From positions 4,593,414 to 4,657,413 of the forward strand of contig CP070695.1 of assembly GCA_020353515.1 (NCBI GenBank): a stretch of DNA of 64,000 nucleotides. Direction: 5' to 3'. The stretch is from Candidatus Heimdallarchaeota archaeon (lineage in GTDB: Archaea; Asgardarchaeota; Heimdallarchaeia; Hodarchaeales; Hodarchaeaceae). Of this stretch, positions 20,672-29,929 are shown in pieces. Each line of letters begins with the position of its first letter. Positions within the stretch are counted from its first letter, which is position 1. The notes below the pieces were generated by a model, which was not told the DNA's origin, did no database searches, and worked only from the letters and a program-made list of their open reading frames with translations. The position numbers and the translations under genes were made by a program.

Positions 20672-21217
20672 CTAGATCATATTTTCTTTCTGTAAACTTA
20701 AAAAATATTGGCGTACAAGATCTTCGTATATTTGGGGAATGATTTCTCCACCGAGCTTAGCTGAACACTCGTAGAACGGCACTCCATACTGATCTGCTAC
20801 TTTTTGACCTTGTTCAGGAGTCACACAACGGAGATCTTCTAAATCAATCTTATTTCCAATTATTGATATCGAAGCAGCATCCCCAACCACACTTCTAAAG
20901 TCTGAAATCCAGCGATCAAGTTCTGTGAATGTTTCTTCTCGTGTAATATCATAAACAATGATGCATCCGAATGCTCCCTCAAAGTATGTTTTTCGGATTC
21001 TGCCAAAATACTCTTCTCCTGCCGTATCCACTAATACAATCTTTACTAGATGATCATCAACAGTGATCTTTTTTGTTGTAATATCTACCCCTATGGTTGG
21101 TAGATAATCGTGAATAAACTTCCCTTCAGCGTACCGACGAATCAAACTTGTTTTTCCAACTTGGTAAGATCCTGCTGAACAGATCTTGAGTACCCAAAGA
21201 TCTCGACTTGAACGCAT
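20672..21217 (-). CDS. Rab-like small GTPase (tandem paralogue)
   Basis: GSYQVGKTS, PTIGVD, DTAGEE, NKID, CSAK; closely similar to 19904-20440. Confidence 0.93.
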   Translation of the reverse strand: MRSSRDLWVLKICSAGSYQVGKTSLIRRYAEGKFIHDYLPTIGVDITTKKITVDDHLVKIVLVDTAGEEYFGRIRKTYFEGAFGCIIVYDITREETFTELDRWISDFRSVVGDAASISIIGNKIDLEDLRCVTPEQGQKVADQYGVPFYECSAKLGGEIIPQIYEDLVRQYFLSLQKENMI

Positions 21218-21491
21218 CCTTCACGAACCTCAATCATTGATAAAAACAAAGATTTTCTCTATAATGGTTTTGAACAGATCGCTACAGATGAAATTGTTTC
21301 AATCTATAACTTACTATTACTTTTATTTTTCACTATTTATTTACATCTTTCCGAATATGTGGAGAATTGTGCGCAACTTCTTCACCATTGTTATGCAAGA
21401 TAACTAAAAACAATCTTAAAGAAGTGGGATTTGCCTAGTAAGGTAGAATAATGTTATTAAATAACCTAAAAAACTAGGAGACGTATTTATT

Positions 21492-22064
21492 TTGACAGCA
21501 GAAATTATTGATATTCGATTACATGGTAGAGGGGGACAGGGCGTGATGACCAGTAGTTATCTGATAGCTGAAGCTGCCCTACTTGAGGATAAGTATGTCC
21601 ACGCTTTTCCCTCATTTGGACCAGAACGTTCAGGTGCCCCTATTGCAGCATTTGCACGCATCTCCGATGAACGTTTTTATGTTAAGACGGAGATTTATGA
21701 ACCAGATATAGTCATCATTCAAGATCCCACACTCCTAGGACAGGTGGATGTCTTAGCAGGCCTTCAGGAGGGGGGCCTTGTAATTATAAACACGGAAGAT
21801 CCAAACTCAGAAGGAATTCGGAAGCTAAAGGAATCGCGTTCTGACGCTAAATTTGCCACTATTGATGCTACTGCAATTGCAGCAGAAGAAATTGGAATTA
21901 AACAAACTAACACTGCTATTCTTGGAGCTTTGATCAAACTTACAAATGGCGGTATAATAACCCTTGAATCGGTTAAGAAAGCGATTATGGCCCGATTCCG
22001 TGAAGAACCAGCTAGAAAAAACGTAAAAGCTATTGAACGTTCTTTTAATGAGGTGATAAACTAA
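21492..22064 (+). CDS. porG: Pyruvate/2-oxoacid:ferredoxin oxidoreductase gamma subunit
   Basis: IRLHGRGGQG, FPSFGPERSGAP, NTAILGAL. Confidence 0.92.
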   Translation: MTAEIIDIRLHGRGGQGVMTSSYLIAEAALLEDKYVHAFPSFGPERSGAPIAAFARISDERFYVKTEIYEPDIVIIQDPTLLGQVDVLAGLQEGGLVIINTEDPNSEGIRKLKESRSDAKFATIDATAIAAEEIGIKQTNTAILGALIKLTNGGIITLESVKKAIMARFREEPARKNVKAIERSFNEVIN

Positions 22065-22411
22065 TGCCTGTTCTTCCTACAGATATTTCAGATGAAGAGT
22101 TCAAACAATGGGTAAAAGAAAAATGGGGTTATAAAAAACTCCCTATTGCTGGCAGTACACCACCAGGGAGTGCAAAATTTTTCCGTACTGGTGATTGGGC
22201 TGCCCAACGTCCCAAATTAATTGTTGAAAATTGTATATCCTGTTTAGAATGCTATTTTCTGTGCCCAGACAGTGCAATCACAATGGAAACTGGTGATGAT
22301 GACAAGGCTCACCCGAAATTCGACTACTTCTATTGCAAGGGCTGTGGTATCTGTGCAAATGAATGCCCTGGCAGAAAAGGTGAGAAAGCTATAATTATGG
22401 AGGATATTTAG
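22064..22411 (+). CDS. porD: 2-oxoacid:ferredoxin oxidoreductase delta subunit (2x[4Fe-4S])
   Basis: TGDW..RP, CISCLECYFLCPD, YCKGCGICANECP. Confidence 0.92.
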   Translation: MPVLPTDISDEEFKQWVKEKWGYKKLPIAGSTPPGSAKFFRTGDWAAQRPKLIVENCISCLECYFLCPDSAITMETGDDDKAHPKFDYFYCKGCGICANECPGRKGEKAIIMEDI

Positions 22412-23587
22412 ATGTCAAGAATTGCAGTAACCGGTGATGATGCTGTTGCATTAGCTGCAAAAGCTGTTAATCCTGATGTGGTAGCAGCATATCCCATCAC
22501 CCCTCAAACAATAATAGTTGAAAGATTTGCTGATTTCGTTGCAGATGGCGAAGTGGACACTGAATTCGTAACCGTTGAATCAGAACACAGTGCAATGTCT
22601 GCCTGTGTAGGTGCTAGTTCTGTTGGTGCTCGTGTGTTCACAAGTACTGCTTCTGCAGGCCTTATGCTTATGTATGAAATTGTCTTCATTGCAGCTTCGT
22701 CTCGTACCCCAATAGTTATGGCCCTAGCAAATAGAGCGATTAGTGGTCCTATAAATATTCATGGAGAGCAAACTGATCAGCTTCTTCTACGAGATTCTGG
22801 TTGGATTAGTATGTTCTGTGAAGATAATCAGGAAGCTCACGATCACACTATCTTAGGTTTCAAAATTGGAGAACACCCTGATGTATTACTCCCTGTAGCA
22901 GTTGGACTTGATGGATTTATTCTTTCTCATGCTATAGAAGGAATTGAACCCTTTTCCAAAGAAGAAACAATGAAATTCCTTGGTGGAGATAGACAAACAG
23001 ATTTTAAATTGACTCCTTCAAACCCCATGAGTATTGGCCTCTTACACTTACAGGATTATTATATGGAGGCTCGTGCACAAGTAGGAGAGGCTCAAGAAAG
23101 GTCAAGAAAGGTCATTTTAGAAGTATTTGATGAATGGGGAAAAATCACAGGGCGAAAATACAAACCAGTCGAGTCTTATATGATGGAAGATGCAGAATAT
23201 GCTTTTGTCACAATGGGATCCTCTGCTGGAAATGCTAGAACAACCGTTGATGAGCTCCGTGCAAAAGGTGAGAAAGTAGGATTAATAAAAATTCGGGTTT
23301 ACCGTCCTTTCTGGGGTAACGAGATTATAGAATTATGTAAAAATCTTAAAGGATTGATTTCAATAGAACGAGCGCATTCATTCGGCGGGCCTGGTGGTAT
23401 TCTAAGTCAGGATATAAAATCAACCCTTTTTGGTAGTGAAGTCTCTCCCTTAATGGCCGAATACACCATTGGTTTGGGTGGGCGTGATACACTTATCGAA
23501 GGTTATCATGGAATGTACAACAGAGCTAAGAAGGCTTTTGAAGAGGGGAAAAATTTGCCCATTTTCTGGTGGGGGTTACGTGAATAA
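22412..23587 (+). CDS. porA: 2-oxoacid:ferredoxin oxidoreductase alpha subunit
   Basis: AYPITPQT, VESEHSAMS, NRAISGPINIH. Confidence 0.94.
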   Translation: MSRIAVTGDDAVALAAKAVNPDVVAAYPITPQTIIVERFADFVADGEVDTEFVTVESEHSAMSACVGASSVGARVFTSTASAGLMLMYEIVFIAASSRTPIVMALANRAISGPINIHGEQTDQLLLRDSGWISMFCEDNQEAHDHTILGFKIGEHPDVLLPVAVGLDGFILSHAIEGIEPFSKEETMKFLGGDRQTDFKLTPSNPMSIGLLHLQDYYMEARAQVGEAQERSRKVILEVFDEWGKITGRKYKPVESYMMEDAEYAFVTMGSSAGNARTTVDELRAKGEKVGLIKIRVYRPFWGNEIIELCKNLKGLISIERAHSFGGPGGILSQDIKSTLFGSEVSPLMAEYTIGLGGRDTLIEGYHGMYNRAKKAFEEGKNLPIFWWGLRE

Positions 23588-23600
23588 AGGAAGTGAAACC

Positions 23601-24566
23601 ATGACAATCAATGTACCGAAATATAGACTAAAAGATTTATTAAACAAACCTGTTTCCTTTACTGGTGGCCACCGCCTATGTGCTGGATGTGCAGCTGGAT
23701 CTATGGCACGACAAGTAACAATGGCCTTTAATAAACCAACAATGATATTTAATTCTACTGGATGTCTCGAAGTGGCTTCAACCATTTATCCTTTTTCCGC
23801 ATGGGAGGTTCCATGGCTTCATGTCGCGTTTGAGAATTCAGCAGCAGTTGCTAGCGGTGCTGAAGCAGCAATTAAAGCAATGATAAAAAAAGGTACTTAT
23901 AAAGAGGGAAAAACCGATATTGTTATTTTTGGTGGAGACGGTGGTACCTATGATATTGGTATTCAAGCAATTTCAGGAGCTTTTGAAAGAGGCCATGACC
24001 TCCTCTACATTCTATACGACAATGGAGCATATATGAATACAGGAATCCAAAGATCTGGAGGAACACCCTTCAGTGCCTCTACAACAACCTCACCTGCGGG
24101 ATCAGTAGTTCCAGGAAAAACTCAATTTAGAAAGCCTATAACTGACATCATGGTTGCTCATCGCATTCCTTTCGTAGCAACCGCAGCTCCTGCTTACCCA
24201 GCAGATTTGGTTGCTAAAGTCAGAGCAGGACTTGATGTGGATGGCCCTGCATTCATGCATGTTGAGTGTTCTTGCAACCGAGGACAACGATTTGAGCCAG
24301 CAAAATCAATAGAATATGTAAAAATGGCTGTAGAAACCTGTCTTCACCCTTTATATACTGTAATTGAGGGTGAATACACACTGAGTCGTCCCAGTGAACG
24401 TATTGCCAAAGATCCTTCAAGAAAAGTACCTCTAGTTGAATTTCTTAGAAAAGAAGGACGATGGCGACACCTCTTCAGGCCTACTAAACGAACGGATCTT
24501 ATTGAAAAATTCCAAGCCGAAGTGGATAAACGCTGGGAAGAACTTCTTGCAAAAGCAGGTATCTAG
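23601..24566 (+). CDS. porB: 2-oxoacid:ferredoxin oxidoreductase beta subunit (TPP-binding)
   Basis: GHRLCAGC, TGCLEV, GGDGGTYDIG, YMNTGIQRS. The likely start is ATG 23601 rather than the track's 23469. Confidence 0.94.
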   Translation: MTINVPKYRLKDLLNKPVSFTGGHRLCAGCAAGSMARQVTMAFNKPTMIFNSTGCLEVASTIYPFSAWEVPWLHVAFENSAAVASGAEAAIKAMIKKGTYKEGKTDIVIFGGDGGTYDIGIQAISGAFERGHDLLYILYDNGAYMNTGIQRSGGTPFSASTTTSPAGSVVPGKTQFRKPITDIMVAHRIPFVATAAPAYPADLVAKVRAGLDVDGPAFMHVECSCNRGQRFEPAKSIEYVKMAVETCLHPLYTVIEGEYTLSRPSERIAKDPSRKVPLVEFLRKEGRWRHLFRPTKRTDLIEKFQAEVDKRWEELLAKAGI

Positions 24567-24584
24567 ACTTCCTTTACCTACTAC

Positions 24585-24601
24585 CTTTTTCTTTTTTTCT
24601 C
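24585..24601 (+). terminator. Oligo-T tract after porB (archaeal-type terminator)
   Basis: cctttttctttttttct about 20 nt after the stop codon. Confidence 0.45.
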
Positions 24602-24935
24602 ATCTTGGTTTAGATGATAGTAACTTGGGATTGGGATTGCATAGAAGACGACACGTTTCTGATAATTCCCATAGTACCATCTCCTGTTGTTGTATAGGAA
24701 TGACTGTGAACTTCCATGTGAGAGTTACCATACAACCAACTTGAGATATTTTATGTCCATTACTTTATTTAAGCCTTCTTTACCACTTCATCCAACTTAA
24801 ACAGCAATTATTTTCCTTTTCAACCTTTTTGATCCTATTATTCTTTATCTCTCTGCTTTTTTATTTTTGAGATAATTTTTGTCTCATCATCCATCCCCCA
24901 TCCGAAGGAAGGGGACTTCTGGTTGAGGTAAATCA
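24600..24935 (-). mobile_element. tnpB: IS200/IS605-family relic: end hairpin plus truncated tnpB 5' fragment
   Basis: 24731-24600 encodes MVTLTWKFTVIPIQQQEMVLWELSETCRLLCN..., like the TnpB N-terminus (PxxEQ..LWxLSExCRLLYN). A GC-rich hairpin CCCCATCC-GAA-GGAAGGGG lies at ~24894-24915. Confidence 0.6.
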
Positions 24936-25025
24936 AAAAAGAAGATTTATACGTAATCATGTGGGATAATAATTAAAAGATGATTTCTCAGGTAGATAAA
25001 AAGATTTCAAACTGGAGAGTAAAAA

Positions 25026-25196
25026 TTGATAGAATCTGGAATATCAGTTAAAGATACTGGAAAAGGACTCCAACTGACCTTGGATGGAGAAATGTATCGT
25101 AGAATTGCTCAGGAGTGGGAACAAGGAAAGTTAAAACCTTTCTATTCACATTTAAAAGAATTTATAAGACAAATAGAAAGAGATTATGGTTCTTAA
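25026..25196 (+). CDS. Small hypothetical protein (56 aa), below the ORF-track cutoff
   Basis: TTG start after GGAGAG; MIESGISVKDTGKGLQLTLDGEMYRRIAQEWEQGKLKPFYSHLKEFIRQIERDYGS. Confidence 0.45.
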   Translation: MIESGISVKDTGKGLQLTLDGEMYRRIAQEWEQGKLKPFYSHLKEFIRQIERDYGS

Positions 25197-25210
25197 ACAT
25201 TACATCTAAA

Positions 25211-25543
25211 CTACCAATCATAGGGGGAAATACCATCAACCAATTCTCCCTCGAACAGAATTAATAGGTCATAAATATCTTTACATACAGCAATTTGCTC
25301 CGAATTGAGGTTTTTTTCAGCCTGTAAGATAAAGAGTAGTGCTTCATCTTCCCAAATAACTCGTATTTTTATCATATTACTTTTATAAAACACAAAAAAA
25401 GTAGGTGTTTTCTCTGAGTATTGAAATCTAATTTCATTCTCTTGTAAAGTCGTTTTTAGATCTACTTTGAAGTCATTCCATACCGATTTATCAGCAAACC
25501 GAATATTAAACCTTTTTTGATCTTGGATATCATTCAATCTCAA
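25211..25543 (-). CDS. Hypothetical protein
   Basis: 110-aa ORF overlapping the end of the upstream hydrolase gene. Confidence 0.55.
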   Translation of the reverse strand: MRLNDIQDQKRFNIRFADKSVWNDFKVDLKTTLQENEIRFQYSEKTPTFFVFYKSNMIKIRVIWEDEALLFILQAEKNLNSEQIAVCKDIYDLLILFEGELVDGISPYDW

Positions 25544-26900
25544 TCTGACTCCATTTCTTCGCTATAAACCTGTTGATTTCACGTGCTACCAAATTTGGTT
25601 CCTCAAAAATCACCATATGGCTGCCTGGGATCTCCCTAAAAGTAAGAAGATCGGATGAAACACATTCAATTAACTCCTCTCTTAAATCCTTGGGAATAAG
25701 CTTATCGTTCTTACCCCACACCACCAATATGGGTTTTGTTGATGATTGGAGCTTTTTTGTATAATCACGAGGTATAAAATCTTTGAATATTTCATAATAC
25801 ACTTTGTCAGGGACGTTAAAAGCACTCTGAATAAATGGATTTACGATCTCCTTTTTTGTACTTCTAGAAAAAAGGATCTTTGGGGCTAATTTTTTAACCT
25901 GTCCTTTGAATGAACCCCAAATCGGAGTCGGAGGCAAAACTTTAACTCCATTCCTAAAGTTATCAGGAGCACGATGGGCGCCCGAAACTAAGATAAATTG
26001 GTTTATGTTTGAATATTTTGGTTTCAAAAACTCCTCTAGGATAATTGCAGAAAATAAAGAATGGGCTCCTAATACAATCTCTTTTTCTGTACCAAGATAC
26101 TCTATAAAATCCTTCAAATCTTGTACATAATCCTTTAACTTAAATTCTACATCTTGATCAATTGGTTCAGTAAAACCACGAGTTCCTAAGATATATAGCT
26201 GATATTTTCCCAGAAGAGAAGAAATCATTGGATAATAATTCTCGATTTCTCCACCAACGGGTGAAAGTAATATTAAGATAGTGTCATGGGAGTAAGAAGT
26301 ACTATAGAAACTGACTTTACGACCGCTGAGTTCTATCATTTGGGTTTGGTAAGGAAATTGTGGTTCCAATGGAGACAGGACGGTTTTTGTTACTTCTTTA
26401 GGTTTAGTTGTCAAAATACGTAATCGAGAAGTAACATCTCCAAGTATCTGTTGGAATTGTTCAACAGGTGTCATTAATAATTTCGCAAATGCTTTAACTA
26501 CATCTACCTCTGTATCTTCAGCTTCTTTAGCTTGTACTACCTTATACTCTTCCTGAAATGTAAGAATCTCGTTTTTTACAGCTTCTAGATCGGAAATACT
26601 GAACGAAAACAGAGGTGTCATTACATTTGGTCCTTCACCCAACTCCAGTTGAAGATAATTCTGTTTTTTCATCTTTTGACGTTTTTCAATCAATTTTACT
26701 GTTTGAAGATGATTCAATGGATAATTTACAATAATTATGGGTGAGCTTTCAGCGGTTTGAACAGCGAACTCAATCCTTTGTTTTGTACTATTGAGTCGTA
26801 GAAGTCCATGACGTTTTTCACGAATGCGTGAATCCCCTTCATGATAGGTAGCCAACCATTCTGCTCTAATCTCTTCTGACAAGTTTTCAGACGTCCTCAA
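25530..26900 (-). CDS. Alpha/beta hydrolase with extra N-terminal (PH-like?) domain
   Basis: TRGFT, AHSLF nucleophile elbow, WGKNDKLIP, GSHMVIFEEP. Confidence 0.75.
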   Translation of the reverse strand: MRTSENLSEEIRAEWLATYHEGDSRIREKRHGLLRLNSTKQRIEFAVQTAESSPIIIVNYPLNHLQTVKLIEKRQKMKKQNYLQLELGEGPNVMTPLFSFSISDLEAVKNEILTFQEEYKVVQAKEAEDTEVDVVKAFAKLLMTPVEQFQQILGDVTSRLRILTTKPKEVTKTVLSPLEPQFPYQTQMIELSGRKVSFYSTSYSHDTILILLSPVGGEIENYYPMISSLLGKYQLYILGTRGFTEPIDQDVEFKLKDYVQDLKDFIEYLGTEKEIVLGAHSLFSAIILEEFLKPKYSNINQFILVSGAHRAPDNFRNGVKVLPPTPIWGSFKGQVKKLAPKILFSRSTKKEIVNPFIQSAFNVPDKVYYEIFKDFIPRDYTKKLQSSTKPILVVWGKNDKLIPKDLREELIECVSSDLLTFREIPGSHMVIFEEPNLVAREINRFIAKKWSQIEIE

Positions 26901-26911
26901 AACACTGAAGT

Positions 26912-27103
26912 TTACTTCTCTGTTAATTTCTTTGTAGTTTTGTGAATCTTATCCTTAACAATATCCGTCACCCCACTCTTCTCCAGTTCTTCCTTGATTG
27001 ATTCTTTAGCTATGTCTGCAGCTGCTCCTCCTACTGCTCTGGTTGTGATGTTTAATGCCTCTTTGGAAGCCCCTTTCACAATTTTCTTAGTTATTTTCTT
27101 CAA
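26912..27103 (-). CDS. Small helical hypothetical protein
   Basis: 63-aa amphipathic Lys-rich ORF ending 11 bp before the hydrolase start. Confidence 0.45.
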   Translation of the reverse strand: MKKITKKIVKGASKEALNITTRAVGGAAADIAKESIKEELEKSGVTDIVKDKIHKTTKKLTEK

Positions 27104-27236
27104 AATCTATACCCGAAAGAACTTTATCAGCACTCTTCAAAAATCATTGCATAGAGGTTTCAAAACAAGATGCCTTGAAGGATGAATAATCATCACTAAA
27201 CGGTGAATCTATGTTTCTTGTAGGAGATGAAAGTCC

Positions 27237-29906
27237 ATGAAACCATGGTATGAAATAGTTCACCCTCATTCAATGATTCTTTCAGGACACATAAGGGAGA
27301 ACTTTTTTCTTGCTGATCTAGGTAATATAATCCAAGAGTCAGCCCCCTCAGATTATTTAAATCCTAGGAAGTTCTTTCAACAAACCCTCCTTACAAGAGG
27401 ATTACTAAACATTTTCACTACTATTCAGACTAAATTATGTAGAGGAGAAGGTAGTGGAATAATTAAACTACAGACACCGTTTGGAGGTGGAAAAACACAT
27501 ACTTTAATTTCTATTTATCACTATGCTATAAGTGGAGTCGAAGTTCACAATTATCTCCCAAAAAATTTGTCTCCCTTTAAAGCAGAAATTGTAACAATTG
27601 TAGGGACAAATTTAAACCCTGTAGAGGGGCGACACGAGGATAATATCTTCATTCACACAATTTGGGGGGATATGGCTTTTCAACTTGCTGGTGTCGATGG
27701 CTACAAAGAATTTGAAGCCAATGATATAGAACGTATTAGTCCTGGAAAGGAAAAATTAACAAAATTTCTCAAACAACATCAACCATTTCTACTTTTATTT
27801 GATGAAATGGCTGAATATGTTGCAAAAGCACGAGGGATATCAGTAAATGAGTCGAATCTTGGAATTCAAACATTAATCTTTCTTCAAGAATTAACTGAAG
27901 CAATCGCTTCACTACCTAGGGGATTATTAGTTATTACTCTTCCAGTTCACGGATATGAAGATTTTTCGGAATCAAAACTCGACATTATCAATAGAATCAA
28001 TCGAATCTTAGGACGTGTAGAATCGAGTGAGACCCCAATTGAACGAGAAGACCTATACAAGTTAATTACAAAAAGACTGATAAGAAAAGTGCTTATCCAA
28101 GAAGCTCGTGATGATGTTATCTCAGAATATGTAAGACTCTATCAAAATAAGCGATCTGAACTTCCAGAAAGGATTCAGAACCCTGTGTTTTATAATAAGA
28201 TGAAGGATTCATACCCATTCCATCCTGAACTTATCGATCTGCTGTATGATAGATGGCGAAGCCTCCCATCATTTCAAGGTACAAGGGCAATCTTAAAAAT
28301 CTTAACCCGAACACTTATTCACTTATATGCCTCTAAAGAAAAAGTTAACCTTATTCTTCCTTCGGATATCAATTTGAACGAATCAAATCTTAAGAATGAC
28401 TTCTTAAAGCATATAGATGTTAAATTCGCCTCGATTTTAAATTCAGATGTGCTTGGATTTGATTCTAATGCCACATTTCTAGATAAAAAGTATCCAAATT
28501 GGAACAACTTTGCCTTAGGAATTTCACAGACAATTTTTCTTTATTCTTTCGCACAAGAGGAGATACCAAGAGGCTTAAATCTCTCTGAACTAAAATTAAA
28601 TTTGATAAGACCAGGTACCACCGTTTCCCTACTCTCAGAGGTTCTTCATCGACTCCATTCAACTCTCTCTTACTTACACTTTAGAGATGGACGGAATTTT
28701 TTTAGTCATGAATCCAATTTAAACCACAAAATTCAAGACTTAAAGGAACTATTTCAAGATCAATTTGAAGAAGAATTGAGAAGAGAAATTAAAAAGCACG
28801 TTGGCAAAAAATTAACGACAATTATTTGGCCAAGTTGCTCTAATGAGATACCTGATGATCAACGACTAAAGATCGTTCTAGTTCATCCTTCTGTCAAGAA
28901 AAATACATTAGAGGATTGGTTAGAAAAAAAAGGGACATCATTCCGTCAGAATAAAAACACGATTTTTTTTGTATTACCACATATTTCTCATCTTACCGTT
29001 CTACAAGATTTAATACAGACAAAACTCGCTTTGATTGAATTACATAAGAAGGTCAAGGATGAAGATCTAGAACTTCGCTTAGAAATTAAACAACGACATG
29101 AAAGAATTAATGAAACACTAGCCTACCATATTAGGAAGACTTATTCGATTCTTTACGATGGGCAGAGGACAATATCTTTCAGCCTTCCTTCAGTTGAATA
29201 TGAACCTCTAACAAAATGGTTTCACCGTGAATTGACTGCTCGCGAACTAATTGTGACAAAGCTCCATTATCGAAAACTTAAGGAGCTATTTCTAAGCTCA
29301 AATCATTGTATTTCAACATACCAGATTCTTGAACAATTTTTCGTTGATCTTAATCTATTTAAAATCGAATCAGTCGAAATTATTAAACAAGCTATTTGCT
29401 GGGGCGTCAAAGAAGGTGCCTTTGGGAGAGCACTTCTTCAGGGGGAAGGGATTCAAACAAGTTCCTTCTTCTTTTCTGTAGAAATTCCTCCAACGCAGAT
29501 CATGTTTACATCGAATGAATTTCTAATTAATAGGGAAATTGCGAGAACAATTAATAATCAAATAGCTCAAAATCCTGAAATTATAGAAGTAATTATTCCA
29601 GAAGAACGCAAGAATAGTGCCTCTTCTTCCGAATTAATATTTAAGAAAACTTTGGAAACTAAAGATGAAGCTGATGAGATTCATTCATTATCTCTGGAGG
29701 TGCAGGATCTTAATTCAAAATCTCTACTTGATTTCTACCGTGGAGTTATAGAACCACTTGAATCCAATAACGCAGATATTTCTATAAAAATAAAATTAGA
29801 TGTGAAGAGTAAGAAAAAGATCCCTGAAACTACAATTAACACAACTATAAAGGAAACGATTTCTCAACTTGGAGCCCAAATTACCATAATTGATGAAGAG
29901 GAATAG
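27237..29906 (+). CDS. DUF499 family AAA+ ATPase (COG1483-like)
   Basis: MKPWYEIVHPH, LQTPFGGGKTH, TIWGDMAFQL, LLFDE, YPFHPEL, FQGTR. Confidence 0.85.
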   Translation: MKPWYEIVHPHSMILSGHIRENFFLADLGNIIQESAPSDYLNPRKFFQQTLLTRGLLNIFTTIQTKLCRGEGSGIIKLQTPFGGGKTHTLISIYHYAISGVEVHNYLPKNLSPFKAEIVTIVGTNLNPVEGRHEDNIFIHTIWGDMAFQLAGVDGYKEFEANDIERISPGKEKLTKFLKQHQPFLLLFDEMAEYVAKARGISVNESNLGIQTLIFLQELTEAIASLPRGLLVITLPVHGYEDFSESKLDIINRINRILGRVESSETPIEREDLYKLITKRLIRKVLIQEARDDVISEYVRLYQNKRSELPERIQNPVFYNKMKDSYPFHPELIDLLYDRWRSLPSFQGTRAILKILTRTLIHLYASKEKVNLILPSDINLNESNLKNDFLKHIDVKFASILNSDVLGFDSNATFLDKKYPNWNNFALGISQTIFLYSFAQEEIPRGLNLSELKLNLIRPGTTVSLLSEVLHRLHSTLSYLHFRDGRNFFSHESNLNHKIQDLKELFQDQFEEELRREIKKHVGKKLTTIIWPSCSNEIPDDQRLKIVLVHPSVKKNTLEDWLEKKGTSFRQNKNTIFFVLPHISHLTVLQDLIQTKLALIELHKKVKDEDLELRLEIKQRHERINETLAYHIRKTYSILYDGQRTISFSLPSVEYEPLTKWFHRELTARELIVTKLHYRKLKELFLSSNHCISTYQILEQFFVDLNLFKIESVEIIKQAICWGVKEGAFGRALLQGEGIQTSSFFFSVEIPPTQIMFTSNEFLINREIARTINNQIAQNPEIIEVIIPEERKNSASSSELIFKKTLETKDEADEIHSLSLEVQDLNSKSLLDFYRGVIEPLESNNADISIKIKLDVKSKKKIPETTINTTIKETISQLGAQITIIDEEE

Positions 29907-29929
29907 AATTCACATCAACAATAAAATTT

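Noticed and set aside
23469-23600. N-terminal extension of PorB in the ORF track
   Set aside because: It overlaps porA by >100 bp; ATG 23601 gives a normal beta subunit
24436-24744. 102-aa plus-strand ORF from the track
   Set aside because: It overlaps the end of porB, crosses the T-rich terminator and is antisense to the tnpB relic
27237-29906. Complete BREX/restriction-modification island
   Set aside because: No methylase, PglZ, helicase or nuclease partner in the neighbourhood
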